Source: an uncultured Gammaproteobacteria bacterium (GTDB taxonomy: Bacteria; Pseudomonadota; Gammaproteobacteria; JAURND01). Taken from it: a stretch of DNA of 64,000 nucleotides. Both the position numbers and the translations under genes were made by a program. Positions 41,841 to 52,344 of the stretch are shown piece after piece. The notes under the pieces are model-generated. The model did not search any database, had not been told where the DNA came from, and saw nothing but the letters and a program-made list of their open reading frames with translations. Position 1 is the stretch's first letter. Each line of letters begins with the position of its first letter. The DNA lies in contig CAVQQD010000003.1 of assembly GCA_963714975.1 (NCBI GenBank), positions 672,001 through 736,000 on the forward strand, in the 5' to 3' direction.

Positions 41841-42554
41841 ATGCCAATTCAGTTACCTATCCTATTGCAATGGCCTGACTGTGCGAGTTTTACCAGTTAT
41901 TATCCAGCGGAAAATCTTGCTGTGGTGCAATACTTACAAACCTGGTTAGGGGACGCAATTCGCGAAGACGCCTGTGTCTGTGTATATGGCGCCGCAGGGA
42001 TAGGTCTCACTCATTTGCTACAGGCCTGTTGTCAGTCTCTACAGCTACAGGGACAAGCAGCTGCTTATTTACCGATGAAACAAAATCTTTCTTTAGCAAT
42101 CGTAGAAGGAATGGAAACCTTGGCTTTAGTGGCCGTTGACGATGTTGATCAGATAGCTGGAGATCGTGATTGGGAAGAGGCAATATTTCATTGCTATAAC
42201 CGCTGTAAAATTAAAGCCACGCCTTTTTTACTGGCGAGTCATACTCCTCCTCAGCAAATAGCTTGGTCTTTGCCTGATTTGGCTTCAAGAATAAATGCTA
42301 GTATCTTGATCCCGGTTCAGCCATTAGCTGATGAGGCAAAGATAGCGGCCCTACAACATCGGGCTAAATTGCGTGGTTTAGATTTACCCCTCGAAGTAGG
42401 TAATTATTTATTAAATCATTTGCCGCGGGATACCAAAGCGTTATTTCAGGTGTTAGAAACCTTAGATCAAGCTGCTTACATTGCACAGCGCCGATTGACG
42501 ATTCCCTTTGTGAAAGAAGTACTTGTTAAGGCTCAAGGGGCTCATAATTTATAA
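41841..42554 (+). CDS. hda: DnaA regulatory inactivator Hda
   Basis: N-terminal QLPI clamp motif, THLLQA, VDDVD, PDLASR, RRLTIPFVKEVL. Confidence 0.93.
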   Translation: MPIQLPILLQWPDCASFTSYYPAENLAVVQYLQTWLGDAIREDACVCVYGAAGIGLTHLLQACCQSLQLQGQAAAYLPMKQNLSLAIVEGMETLALVAVDDVDQIAGDRDWEEAIFHCYNRCKIKATPFLLASHTPPQQIAWSLPDLASRINASILIPVQPLADEAKIAALQHRAKLRGLDLPLEVGNYLLNHLPRDTKALFQVLETLDQAAYIAQRRLTIPFVKEVLVKAQGAHNL

Positions 42555-43316
42555 GTTCCATAATTTCCAGGGAGCTGTATTTTTCTCCCATAATTTCTCT
42601 AGATGCTGTTTATCTTTTAAAGTATCAAGCGGATGCCAAAATCCTTTATGTAAATAGCCGCTTAATTTTCCTTCTTCACTAATTTTAGCCATGCAATCAG
42701 ACTCTAGAATTGATTGATCATTATTCAGATATTTAAATACTCCAGGCTCACAAACATAGAATCCGGCATTTATCACAATATTGGGTTTCTCTGAGAAAGT
42801 TGTCGCGTAATTATGTTCTATTTCGACTTGACCAAAGCGATAGGGTTGTTGCACGCAAGTGACAGTGGCGATAGATTGGTTTTGCTTGTGAAAGGTGATG
42901 GTGGCTGGAATATCCAGATCACTTAAGCCGTCGCCATAGGTTAAACAAAAGGTTTCATTATCGAGATAGTCTTTGACTGCCAATAATCGACCACCGGTCA
43001 TGGTATTTTCCCCAGTGTCGACTAAATCAATGACCCAGTTTTCTTCGTGGTAATCATTGTAAGTAATTTTGTCGGTTTTTAAGTCGATTCGCGTGTGTTT
43101 GCAGTGATTTTGAAAATAATTGAGAAAGAACTCCTTGATGATGGGTCCTTTGTAGCCTAGGCAAATTACAAATTGATTGAAACCAAAATGATAATAAAGC
43201 TTCATGATATGCCAAATTATGGGGTATTCCCCCACCCTAATCATGGGCTTTGGTTGATGTAGCGTTTCTTCAGACACTCGAGTGCCAAAACCTCCTGCCA
43301 GGATTACCACTTTCAT
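42549..43316 (-). CDS. rfbF: Glucose-1-phosphate cytidylyltransferase
   Basis: LAGGFGTRVSEET, PKPM, DTGENTMTGGRL, TYGDG, APWKLW. Confidence 0.92.
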   Translation of the reverse strand: MKVVILAGGFGTRVSEETLHQPKPMIRVGEYPIIWHIMKLYYHFGFNQFVICLGYKGPIIKEFFLNYFQNHCKHTRIDLKTDKITYNDYHEENWVIDLVDTGENTMTGGRLLAVKDYLDNETFCLTYGDGLSDLDIPATITFHKQNQSIATVTCVQQPYRFGQVEIEHNYATTFSEKPNIVINAGFYVCEPGVFKYLNNDQSILESDCMAKISEEGKLSGYLHKGFWHPLDTLKDKQHLEKLWEKNTAPWKLWNL

Positions 43317-43332
43317 TAAGTTCTCTCCTTAG

Positions 43333-43608
43333 AATATACCCATCGCCTTTGAAGGCGCTGGGTATATTTCTTTAAAATATGACCGTCGCAAGCAAAGCTT
43401 GCAACAGTCACTTAAGGGGGAAAATGGCGCTTTTCCCCCTTAAGAAACCCCCATCGCCTAGCAAGCACTTCAAGATGCCAAAAATACAGCATCTTGAAGT
43501 GCAATAGGTATAAATACCCGCAGCTAATTATAGCTGTAGTTAGGACTTGCGCATAACTACTCGATCCTCGTCCTGCGGATAAGTTTCCGAATGACGGTCG
43601 GGTAGTTA
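43333..43608. repeat. Cluster of five consecutive hairpins
   Basis: aatataccc..gggtatatt; tgac..gcaagc..gcttgc..gtca; cttaaggggg..cccccttaag; gcacttcaagatgc..gcatcttgaagtgc; taactac..gtagtta. Confidence 0.75.
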
Positions 43609-43615
43609 CTTTACT

Positions 43616-45583
43616 TCATCTAAAAAGATTTTTTAACGCGAGCAAAGGATAAGAGGTCTTAAGTATTTTTAGCCTGCCCTCAGAAAAAATGAAAGGAAAA
43701 AGTTTTAATTTAGTTTCATCGTCGATATTAAGCTGCAGTTCCACCCGAGTTTTTTTCACCGAGATAATTTCACCAGAAAGCTCGATACAGTCATCCAGCA
43801 TAAGCTTTATTTTTTCACCTAATGCGAATTGCTTCTCTTCGGATTTTATTCGACACCAATCCTGCGAAAGACCAATCATGGTAAGATTAATTGGCGCATT
43901 ATCTCCTTGGCAAACGAGAACAGGATGGTCTGTCAGCCATAGATCATCTCCGTGGCCACGATCAACAGCCAACCGTAAAGCAAATGCGATAAATAATATG
44001 TTTGCTATTGACCAAATTATTCCTAAAGCATGACCTGCTATTGTGCAAGTAAAAGTGACACATGAAGTCACAACATACAAAATTCCTATTAAAAGGAAAC
44101 AGGCACAAAGCACTAACGGCAAAGCTACTTGATAATTGATATTAATTTTTTTAGCAAATTCTTTTTTGGTTACATCGACACGCAATTTTTTAATTTTAGA
44201 CATGGATCCGAGAATTGCCGACAATAAGGGAATGGCAATGACAAAATGCAGTGCATGGGTGATTAGAGGTATATAGGTTTTCTTACTTTTGAGGTATAAA
44301 AAAGCGAAGTTTGTGGCAATATAAGCAGGAATAAATAGCACCCAACTTAAGTCGTTTATGAACCCTACATTAATGGAAAAAAATAAATTTAATCCTGGTG
44401 CGATTAAATACAAAATTCTAAAAATGTAGCTAAGCCAAATAGCAATGACTCCTAAAAATAGCATTCTTGCCAATAAGCTTTGGCGTTTGACGGTGAAGGG
44501 ACCTTGTTTGGAAAAAAACTGTTGGATATCACCGATGGCCCATCTTTTGTTCTGACTGACAAATTGTCCAATACTTTCGGCAGCGGTACCGTAGGCAACT
44601 TCTTCTTGGAGAAAGAAGGTAATGTAATCGTGTTGGAGAAGCAGATAAGTTAAATTGATGTCCTCGGTTAAGGTATTTGTAGGAAAGCCTTCCACCAATT
44701 CTAAAGCTGCTCTTTTGGCTATAAATGGAGAACCGCAACAGGTAGCAATTCCTAAAGTATTCCTGCCGGGAGACAAAAAATCGTAAAAAAAACTGTTTTC
44801 AGCAGCTAAGGTTTCTTTGGCTTTAAAGCTATTTTGTAAAGGATCAGCGTTATAAAAATATTGCGGTGCTTGTACAATACCGATTTTTTGATTGGTTTGA
44901 TGAAAAGGCAATAACAATCGGTTAATGATGTTTTTTCTACATAGAAAATCAGAATCGATAACTAATATATATTCCGAATTGGTCAAAGCTTTAGTATGAT
45001 TTAGCGCATTGTTAAGGCTGCCAGGTTTTGAATTGATATGTTCAATTCTTTCTAAATAGTGAATATTATATTTTTGACATAATTCTTTTAAGGCAATTCT
45101 GTTGCCGTTATCGAGAATCCAGATTTGATAATCAGGATAATCGATATGTTTAGCACAGAGAATGGTTTTTTCTAAAAGCTCGATACTTTCGTTGTAGGTT
45201 GGAATAAAAACATCGACCTTTGGAAAGGAAATAGTGACTTCACGGGTAACACTCTTAGTCTTTTTGTTTAGACTAGATAGTATAAATCCATTAAAACAAT
45301 ACGAATAGATCAAGGTAGTTTCAGAGATGAAAAAAATCCAGGAGAATGCAGAGTTGAGCGACCACGGTGCTAAGGTATAATTTAAGCGCCAATACCAATA
45401 GATTAGGTTGATTAAAAATAAATAGAAAAAAATAGCACGATCTAGATAGAAATTATTAATTTTGTTTGAATACAGCAAAAGAATGAAGAATGGGATAGAT
45501 AAAAAGCTGATAAGCCACCCCAGTAAATTAATTGAGAGATATTCCATAGTATTTTTGTCCATAGTGTTAGGAGTTTGACACAA
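43616..45583 (-). CDS. Cellulose-synthase-like processive GT2 with a degenerate PilZ-like C-terminus
   Basis: YWYWRL, VDVFIPTYNE, DSD, QAPQ, CCGS, TED, QNKRW, VTKK; TM helices at both ends. Confidence 0.85.
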   Translation of the reverse strand: MCQTPNTMDKNTMEYLSINLLGWLISFLSIPFFILLLYSNKINNFYLDRAIFFYLFLINLIYWYWRLNYTLAPWSLNSAFSWIFFISETTLIYSYCFNGFILSSLNKKTKSVTREVTISFPKVDVFIPTYNESIELLEKTILCAKHIDYPDYQIWILDNGNRIALKELCQKYNIHYLERIEHINSKPGSLNNALNHTKALTNSEYILVIDSDFLCRKNIINRLLLPFHQTNQKIGIVQAPQYFYNADPLQNSFKAKETLAAENSFFYDFLSPGRNTLGIATCCGSPFIAKRAALELVEGFPTNTLTEDINLTYLLLQHDYITFFLQEEVAYGTAAESIGQFVSQNKRWAIGDIQQFFSKQGPFTVKRQSLLARMLFLGVIAIWLSYIFRILYLIAPGLNLFFSINVGFINDLSWVLFIPAYIATNFAFLYLKSKKTYIPLITHALHFVIAIPLLSAILGSMSKIKKLRVDVTKKEFAKKININYQVALPLVLCACFLLIGILYVVTSCVTFTCTIAGHALGIIWSIANILFIAFALRLAVDRGHGDDLWLTDHPVLVCQGDNAPINLTMIGLSQDWCRIKSEEKQFALGEKIKLMLDDCIELSGEIISVKKTRVELQLNIDDETKLKLFPFIFSEGRLKILKTSYPLLALKNLFR

Positions 45584-45643
45584 ATTACACTAAAATAACC
45601 CCAATCAGCTTAATGTTCAATAAAATGACGCGCATACATGGTC

Positions 45644-45676
45644 CTTAATATTTCCTTCAGATTTCTCATATATATT
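45644..45676 (+). promoter_or_regulatory. PmrA-type box plus -10 element
   Basis: CTTAATATT-TC-CTTCAGATT-N7-TATATT just upstream of the giant ORF. Confidence 0.7.
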
Positions 45677-45687
45677 TAGCTACGATT

Positions 45688-48600
45688 ATGACTACAGAAC
45701 TACAAGATACAAATCAAGGCCAAGAAACTTACGGGCAGCTGTCTCGTGAGAGAGCGAGAACGTATCCAATTTGGTCTAAAAAATCCACAGAGCAATGGCT
45801 GGGGGGCGGGAATACTACTCAAATAACTCCCATCATTCCTGTTGCAAAAGGGCCAGCTAAATTAGGTAAACTTTGGGCGATTGCTGGCAATCAAGACCGT
45901 TTTTTTTATAAACCTTCGCTGGAGAATTCTGCAGAAAAGAAAATTTTAATTGCCCACAATGCAATTAATACTTCGGGTGAGCTCGCTGTTTTGTCTAAGT
46001 TGATCAAACATTACAAGGTCTACCTCTGGGACGGAAAAAATCTGGCGGCAGCTAGCCCTTTAAACAGTTTGGCCGACTATTGGCAGCGGCGTAAAAACAT
46101 TCAGGTGGATTTTGCAACAAATATCAAAAAGCAGGTAAGAGAAAAACACCACCTCCCGACTGAAAATTTGATCGTGCTTGATAAACAAGCCTGGCTGGCT
46201 CGTTGGAGTATAGAGGGTCTCCCCCACCAACTTACCTTAGAAAGTTTAAGGAAAGAGGATATACAAAATTTGTTGCAAGGATTTGATACTAGTGTTGTTA
46301 CCCATATTCGCATCACTAATCTTGATTTAGACGATTTGGGTAGTTTGCAGCCTGCTCTAGAGTGTTTTCCTAACTTAACTACTGTGGAGTTTTGGGAGTC
46401 TTGGAAATCAGAATCGTTTGCAAGCTATTTAGAGCAAAGTATTCCGTTACTTAAAGGCTATCACATAGAACGCTTGATTATAGATGGGGTCATAGGGAAT
46501 ATTGCTCTAAATCTGCCGAGCACTGCGGGGATACCAAGCTTGGTTCTGAAAACTACCCAAGAACTAGAAAGCCTTGAGATTAGCATACCTAAGGGAGAGC
46601 ACTTAGATTTAATCATAAAAGGCCCGCAACCTAAAAAATGTTTCGTTTCGGACTCAATTAAGGTTAAACCTGAAGCAGCCTCAGAAAAATTTTATGTATC
46701 AACTATAAGAACCAAATCACCTGAACAATTACGCGAATTACTTGCCAGCGAAACCTGCAAAGAAGTACAAGCACTGGCGCTATCTGGTAATTTCAGCTCT
46801 GAAGACATGGTTCAATTGGCGACCAGTTTTCCTAACTTACAATACCTGGAACTCTGCAACTATGAGAGTGATATAGATGTTACTCTCAACTTTCCTGCCT
46901 TAGAGCGATGTTTGCTAGAAAGTTATGGGACAGTCCAGCTGGGTAATTGTCCGGAGCTGTATAGATTAGCAATCAGCCTGCATAAAAAAGAATATCTAAC
47001 GGTCCAATTTACCCAAGTCTTACCTGCATTGCAGGACTTAGAAATAGATAACTTACAGACTAAAAACTATCTCACTCTCCAATTTAACCAACCCTCTAAG
47101 CGCGCAGCGCCAAAGGACCAAAACGCAGTCGTAACACTTCAAAATGATTTCTTTGATTATTGTCCTGAACTCAGAAGACTGCACATGTGTGATGTGGATT
47201 GTGAGTTGCCCGAGGATTCCTTGTTGTTGGCCCAGACCAACCTCGACAAACTTGCTTACTATGAACTAAATACAGAGTCACGCAGCAGTGAAGAAGATGG
47301 AGAGCTAAAGGAAAGGAACGGTAGGGAAAGGGAATGGTCTCGAGTATCTCAGGAGCTCAGCAAGCTCATTCCCTTGTCGTCTAAGCTCCAGACCCTCACC
47401 CACCCAGGTCCCAGCGGTTCATCTGAGGTAAAGCCCACGCCTTGCTACGACCCAACCCTTCCTCACTCCGACCCAATCACTGAGGACAGGGGGGTTGATT
47501 TTGGCTTTTTTTCTCGAAGAGATTTGAATAGTCGCCCCAGTAGATTTAGCAAGCAAGCAGTTAAAGACCTTGGCTTGGTATCGCTGAGGCGTCCGGATTA
47601 CTCTTGGGGCCTGTCTTCATTTTGGCGTGATAAGGTTTTGGATCGCATCCAGTATGACCCTCAAAGCGATGCTATGTCTTTTGTGAGTTCAGACTATGAG
47701 CCAAGTTCACTGGAAAAAATTCCTTATCAGCAGCAAGGGCAAGGCCCTATTCCCCCTGGAAAACATAGCGGCGTTTGGTCGGCTAATTTGGGGGTAGGTG
47801 AAGATTATTCGCTGCCGTTAACAGCGCCGCCAGCTGTCGATGCACAATTGCAGATCTATCACGACGACGATCCTGGGACTGAGATAGGTTATTATTTCAA
47901 ACCTGACACGCAGCAATATTTTGTGCGGGTGTTAAAAGCGCCCGAAGATGCCAAAGTCGCTAAGGTAAAGCTTCATTATGATTTTGTCGCGGGTAAAAAC
48001 TATGTGTTTAGCCCTCCCGCGGCAGTGGCGGATGAGACACAGTCGCCAACAAATTCACCCGAATTACAAGCAGTGTTAGAAGATTTATTTTCCGATAAAA
48101 AATGCACGACCACGGAAAAAATCAACGCGTTGTGGGAGTATTGCCGCAATTTCAAGGACGAACCCCTGCAGGGTACTGCTCGTGAGGGTACTCTAAACCT
48201 GCTTATAGCGCGGATTAGACAAAAAGTGGGTACTATCAGCGATCGGGTTCAGGCATTTAAGTTGCTCTCCCTAGGCATTGCCGATGTGCGCATCATTGGG
48301 AATGGAACTTACAGTTATTGTGAAGTCCGCAGCCAAGATGGTTCTTGGCAACCGTTGGATTTTGGTGACGGTTTGGCAAAAGAACAGCTAGATCAGGAGT
48401 CTATTGATGAAGACCGCATCCGTTTTTATTCCGAGGAATATCTAAAGTGGGTGGGTGAGCGGCCTATTTTCGACCAGAAGTTGTGTAGCGTCGAGCAACC
48501 GGTGTTAATTTATCTGCCTAAAGGCACGACTGCAAAGCAGGCGAAAATCGCTGTGCTTCAAGCATTAGAGCCAGCAGATGATCAAGACTTTGGAGATTCA

Positions 48601-51600
48601 AAGGGGACGACGGCCACTGCTAAGCCGTTATTTATCAACCACCCAAATGACTTGACCCGTTATTGGGAAAGTTATGCCGTACAATCTGATCGATCTCGAA
48701 TTAAAGTGCCCGGTCCGTTACAGGAAATTTTTCAGAATGGTGGGAAATTAGTGATTAATTTCGCTGCCTTTGCTTACTTAGATCTGATCCGCCTGCAATC
48801 CCTATGGGAGCATAACACTTGGAATCAGCATTCCATCCAAGGCCCGGTTGAAATTATCGGGTTGCTCCATGAAGACACTCCTCGTCCGATGGGTTTTGCG
48901 CATAAGTTCACAGCCTGTACTTTAGAGCAGCCACTGACTCAGTACCAACCCCAGGAGGATAAGTACCAAGAGCCTGGTATATCTTGTCGTATAGACCCGG
49001 ACAGCCCCTGGGATGAACAACTGCTTGCCAATGTTAAATTCCACAAAAATAGCACTATTGAGTTGATTCCTGGTCCGCTGTTACAGGCCGTCGAGAAAAA
49101 CTGCCCCTTAACTATTGAGAATTGTCCCACTGATCCGCAGTTTCAGCAATTGTGGGATCAAATCGAAACCGAACAGCAGTTCTATTTTAATGGTGAGTTG
49201 AAGCCAGTGCCGGCCCAAACGATCCTTCGGGATGGCGCTATTCATCCTCAGGAGCATGGCCCCGTTCGTCCTAAGGAGCGAAGCGTCTCGAAGGACACGC
49301 CCTCAGGACGAACGGGGCTGTCTCGAAGAGATGAGCCCGTGGTGGGTGAACTGCGCTGTTTTAAGCCTGATGCGGAATTAAAGGGTGAAAGAATTTATCT
49401 GCATGTAAATAATTGGGATACTCTGTATGAAGAAATACATTACAACGAAAAGGACCATACAGTTTCCACTGAAATAGGCAAATTAGAGCAATTTAAGGAC
49501 AAGTCGCAGCAAGCGGTTTTTTATGTTACTCAACCCATCTCCTCGGCTGGTTGGGAGCAATTAGCTCATTATATTTTCAAGCATTTTCCCGGGGTACCCT
49601 ATCAGTTCCAATTAGCGCCGGGCATCACTGGCCCAGGAGTTACGGTTAATGCTCAAAAAGCAAAGTCTGAGCTTTTAAAGCCAGTGGCTTTAACCCAAGA
49701 GTTCAAGCTGGAAAAAAACAGCTGGTTTACCAGTAACGACCCGGATTATTTAGCAGAAAAATTACGGGATATCTGCAGTCAAAGCCATACAACCTCGATT
49801 ATTGACTTAACGCCACAATTAACTGTTTCTGATTTATTGGTCAGTGTAACGCCGCTGCCATCGGCAAAAAAACATCAAGATCCCAATCGTGAAGATTTAC
49901 TATTCAAAATTCAAAAGGAACAAGTATTTACTGCGCTTGAGGCTGGCGAAACGGTGATCTTAAATGGCACGATATCGCCACGCCTGCACGAAGAACTCGC
50001 TTCAGCCTTTGCGGAAGAACCTTACTTAGAATTCAATCATCAGCGTCATAAATTCTCCGGCCGTTTAATTATCGTAGAACCTAAAACTTCCCGGGCTGAC
50101 ATTAACGCCATTAGCTGTGATTTTACCCCAGAAGATTACGCGCAGGATTTATTAGCGGAAGAAAGTAAAAAATTTAAATTAACCGCAGTGCCTGACAAGG
50201 AAAAGGAACAAGCAATCGTCGAAAACCTGCTCAAATATTTTAAAGCGGCTAAATTTCCGCATCGTGGGGATGCGATGCCCAAAGATATTGGCATGACTTG
50301 GCAACGCTTAGTGCATATGAAACGGGCTCTGCTTTATCGCAAAAAACCCCTACATAGCCACAATCCCATTAAAGGGTTCATGCTGGATGATTATGCTAAA
50401 GACAGTGAGTACTACGCGTTTCTGAATATTCTAGTAAAATTTTTATTTGATAAAGACGACCAGCAACCGCAGCGCTCGCCCATTCGCCGCGAAAAATACC
50501 AGGAATATTGCGAAGAGATTAAGGCAAAGAATGCCGAGAGCAAAACTTATGCTTGGCGGTTATTAAATACCTGCGACGGTGCAACCTTGCGTAAGCTGCT
50601 CAAAGAAAATTGGCTTGAGCAGTTTTTTGCAACACCCTCAACGCCTTTTTTAGCCAACTCTTGGAACAGTCACAGCTGGTCAGAAACTTTGAAGGCTTTG
50701 GAAGCGGAGATTTCGCAAGACGAGTTTGGGGCTGAGCAAGAGACAGAGAATGAAGAAAAAGAGGTAGGGGGGATAGAAGATTCTCGTTCCTATCGGAAAA
50801 TGAATCAACGCTTATACGATCTGATTGATGAAGAACCTTCAATTTCTCAAGTCATCATCATCAAGGGCAATCCTGGGGTAGGCAAAACCAATTTTCTCAA
50901 TCAACTCCAAGACAAAGATCATAAAAGTAACCGAGAGCATAAAAACAACGGAGAAAAATACTCCTGTCACGAGGGTTTGGCGGATTGCAAAGCCTGGCTG
51001 AAGGATAAGACTCCCGGGAAAATCAAGCTCTTGATTTGGGATGAAGCCAACACCAACGCTCCAGAAGTTTTGAACTTTTTAAAGGGGATTCACAGCAACC
51101 GCCCAATCTTTTTAGATGGGGAATTTTATCAACCGACCCCGCAGCATAAAATTGTGGCCGCGGTTAATCCGGAGTGGTATTCCGGTCGGCATTATCAGGA
51201 TTTACTGCGATTCGGCGGAGAAACGATTCAGCTGCAGATGCCAGACAAAAAATATTTGAAAAAATATTTAACCAATACTTATAAAGTAACGGAAGCACTA
51301 GCTGATTATGCCCTAATCGGCGCTGATCTGTTTAAAAAATACGAGCCCTTGACCGCTTATTCTTTTCGTGACTTGCAAAGCTTGATGCAACGCTATAAAG
51401 CGTTGAGAAAAGCAGCAGCCCAAGAAACCAAGGAAGCCAAAACGGACCGGACAACTCGAACCGATTTGCGGACCTTATATGCCGCGCTTTGTGGCGAATT
51501 TGCCTTATGCATCGAGCCGGCAATACAGCAACAGCGTTTTCGGGCCGAACTGGCGCAAGCCCTGCAATTGGAAAAGGATTCATTAGTCAATCAGCCTGCC

Positions 51601-52344
51601 GAACCTTTTCAACTAGGATCCAAACTGTTTCCTCAGGAACTAAACAATGCCCAGCAAGCCCTGCAGCAAGCGCTGTTAATTCGTAACAGTGTGTTAGAGG
51701 ATTTTGCTCATGGCGAAACCGCGAACCTCGCTTTTAAACGTGGCCTCGTGTTGCAAAGTGCTGCTCCAGGAATCGGCAAAAACAGTTTGATCAAAGCGGT
51801 CCTTGAGGACCAGGGATATCAGGCTACAAAAGATTACTATGAAGTCACTGCCGGAGATGAAGATTTTGGAACGAAATTAGATCAGGCTTGGCGGGAAGGC
51901 GCCATCCTGGTTGTTAAAAATTTAAACCTTCTCAAGCCAAGCGAGGAGGCGCATTTAGGAGCAGTTTTAACCAAAATTAATTTAGAAAACCCGGGCCTGC
52001 TCGTGTTAGCGCAACAAAACTTCAGCACTGCAGGCACTAATCCCTTATCCCCAGCTTTATGCAATCGCTTACAGCTGATTACATTGCCGGAACCTTCCCG
52101 TGAATCGCTCGCTAAGCTGGCCGAACATCAACTCCCCAAACCGGCGGTATACCAAGAAAACTTAAGTGAAAATAGTGGTGAAGGTCGGGCTTTTGTCGAA
52201 GCCCTCAGGCGCTGCCACAAGCAAGCTACATCTGCTAATTCTTTAGCGAATGTGTATGAGTTTTTTTCCTTTCTTGAGTATATGGCTCGGAAAATGCTTG
52301 GGCAGTCTAAGCCTGCAGAATCTGGTCTCCCGTCCTCTATCTGA
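45688..52344 (+). CDS. Giant protein: LRR-like region, degenerate transglutaminase-like domain and midasin-like AAA+ modules; candidate effector
   Basis: FPNLxxLEL-type repeats; Walker A GNPGVGKT and Walker B LLIWDEAN; degenerate APGIGKN; LSPALCNRL. Confidence 0.7.
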   Translation: MTTELQDTNQGQETYGQLSRERARTYPIWSKKSTEQWLGGGNTTQITPIIPVAKGPAKLGKLWAIAGNQDRFFYKPSLENSAEKKILIAHNAINTSGELAVLSKLIKHYKVYLWDGKNLAAASPLNSLADYWQRRKNIQVDFATNIKKQVREKHHLPTENLIVLDKQAWLARWSIEGLPHQLTLESLRKEDIQNLLQGFDTSVVTHIRITNLDLDDLGSLQPALECFPNLTTVEFWESWKSESFASYLEQSIPLLKGYHIERLIIDGVIGNIALNLPSTAGIPSLVLKTTQELESLEISIPKGEHLDLIIKGPQPKKCFVSDSIKVKPEAASEKFYVSTIRTKSPEQLRELLASETCKEVQALALSGNFSSEDMVQLATSFPNLQYLELCNYESDIDVTLNFPALERCLLESYGTVQLGNCPELYRLAISLHKKEYLTVQFTQVLPALQDLEIDNLQTKNYLTLQFNQPSKRAAPKDQNAVVTLQNDFFDYCPELRRLHMCDVDCELPEDSLLLAQTNLDKLAYYELNTESRSSEEDGELKERNGREREWSRVSQELSKLIPLSSKLQTLTHPGPSGSSEVKPTPCYDPTLPHSDPITEDRGVDFGFFSRRDLNSRPSRFSKQAVKDLGLVSLRRPDYSWGLSSFWRDKVLDRIQYDPQSDAMSFVSSDYEPSSLEKIPYQQQGQGPIPPGKHSGVWSANLGVGEDYSLPLTAPPAVDAQLQIYHDDDPGTEIGYYFKPDTQQYFVRVLKAPEDAKVAKVKLHYDFVAGKNYVFSPPAAVADETQSPTNSPELQAVLEDLFSDKKCTTTEKINALWEYCRNFKDEPLQGTAREGTLNLLIARIRQKVGTISDRVQAFKLLSLGIADVRIIGNGTYSYCEVRSQDGSWQPLDFGDGLAKEQLDQESIDEDRIRFYSEEYLKWVGERPIFDQKLCSVEQPVLIYLPKGTTAKQAKIAVLQALEPADDQDFGDSKGTTATAKPLFINHPNDLTRYWESYAVQSDRSRIKVPGPLQEIFQNGGKLVINFAAFAYLDLIRLQSLWEHNTWNQHSIQGPVEIIGLLHEDTPRPMGFAHKFTACTLEQPLTQYQPQEDKYQEPGISCRIDPDSPWDEQLLANVKFHKNSTIELIPGPLLQAVEKNCPLTIENCPTDPQFQQLWDQIETEQQFYFNGELKPVPAQTILRDGAIHPQEHGPVRPKERSVSKDTPSGRTGLSRRDEPVVGELRCFKPDAELKGERIYLHVNNWDTLYEEIHYNEKDHTVSTEIGKLEQFKDKSQQAVFYVTQPISSAGWEQLAHYIFKHFPGVPYQFQLAPGITGPGVTVNAQKAKSELLKPVALTQEFKLEKNSWFTSNDPDYLAEKLRDICSQSHTTSIIDLTPQLTVSDLLVSVTPLPSAKKHQDPNREDLLFKIQKEQVFTALEAGETVILNGTISPRLHEELASAFAEEPYLEFNHQRHKFSGRLIIVEPKTSRADINAISCDFTPEDYAQDLLAEESKKFKLTAVPDKEKEQAIVENLLKYFKAAKFPHRGDAMPKDIGMTWQRLVHMKRALLYRKKPLHSHNPIKGFMLDDYAKDSEYYAFLNILVKFLFDKDDQQPQRSPIRREKYQEYCEEIKAKNAESKTYAWRLLNTCDGATLRKLLKENWLEQFFATPSTPFLANSWNSHSWSETLKALEAEISQDEFGAEQETENEEKEVGGIEDSRSYRKMNQRLYDLIDEEPSISQVIIIKGNPGVGKTNFLNQLQDKDHKSNREHKNNGEKYSCHEGLADCKAWLKDKTPGKIKLLIWDEANTNAPEVLNFLKGIHSNRPIFLDGEFYQPTPQHKIVAAVNPEWYSGRHYQDLLRFGGETIQLQMPDKKYLKKYLTNTYKVTEALADYALIGADLFKKYEPLTAYSFRDLQSLMQRYKALRKAAAQETKEAKTDRTTRTDLRTLYAALCGEFALCIEPAIQQQRFRAELAQALQLEKDSLVNQPAEPFQLGSKLFPQELNNAQQALQQALLIRNSVLEDFAHGETANLAFKRGLVLQSAAPGIGKNSLIKAVLEDQGYQATKDYYEVTAGDEDFGTKLDQAWREGAILVVKNLNLLKPSEEAHLGAVLTKINLENPGLLVLAQQNFSTAGTNPLSPALCNRLQLITLPEPSRESLAKLAEHQLPKPAVYQENLSENSGEGRAFVEALRRCHKQATSANSLANVYEFFSFLEYMARKMLGQSKPAESGLPSSI

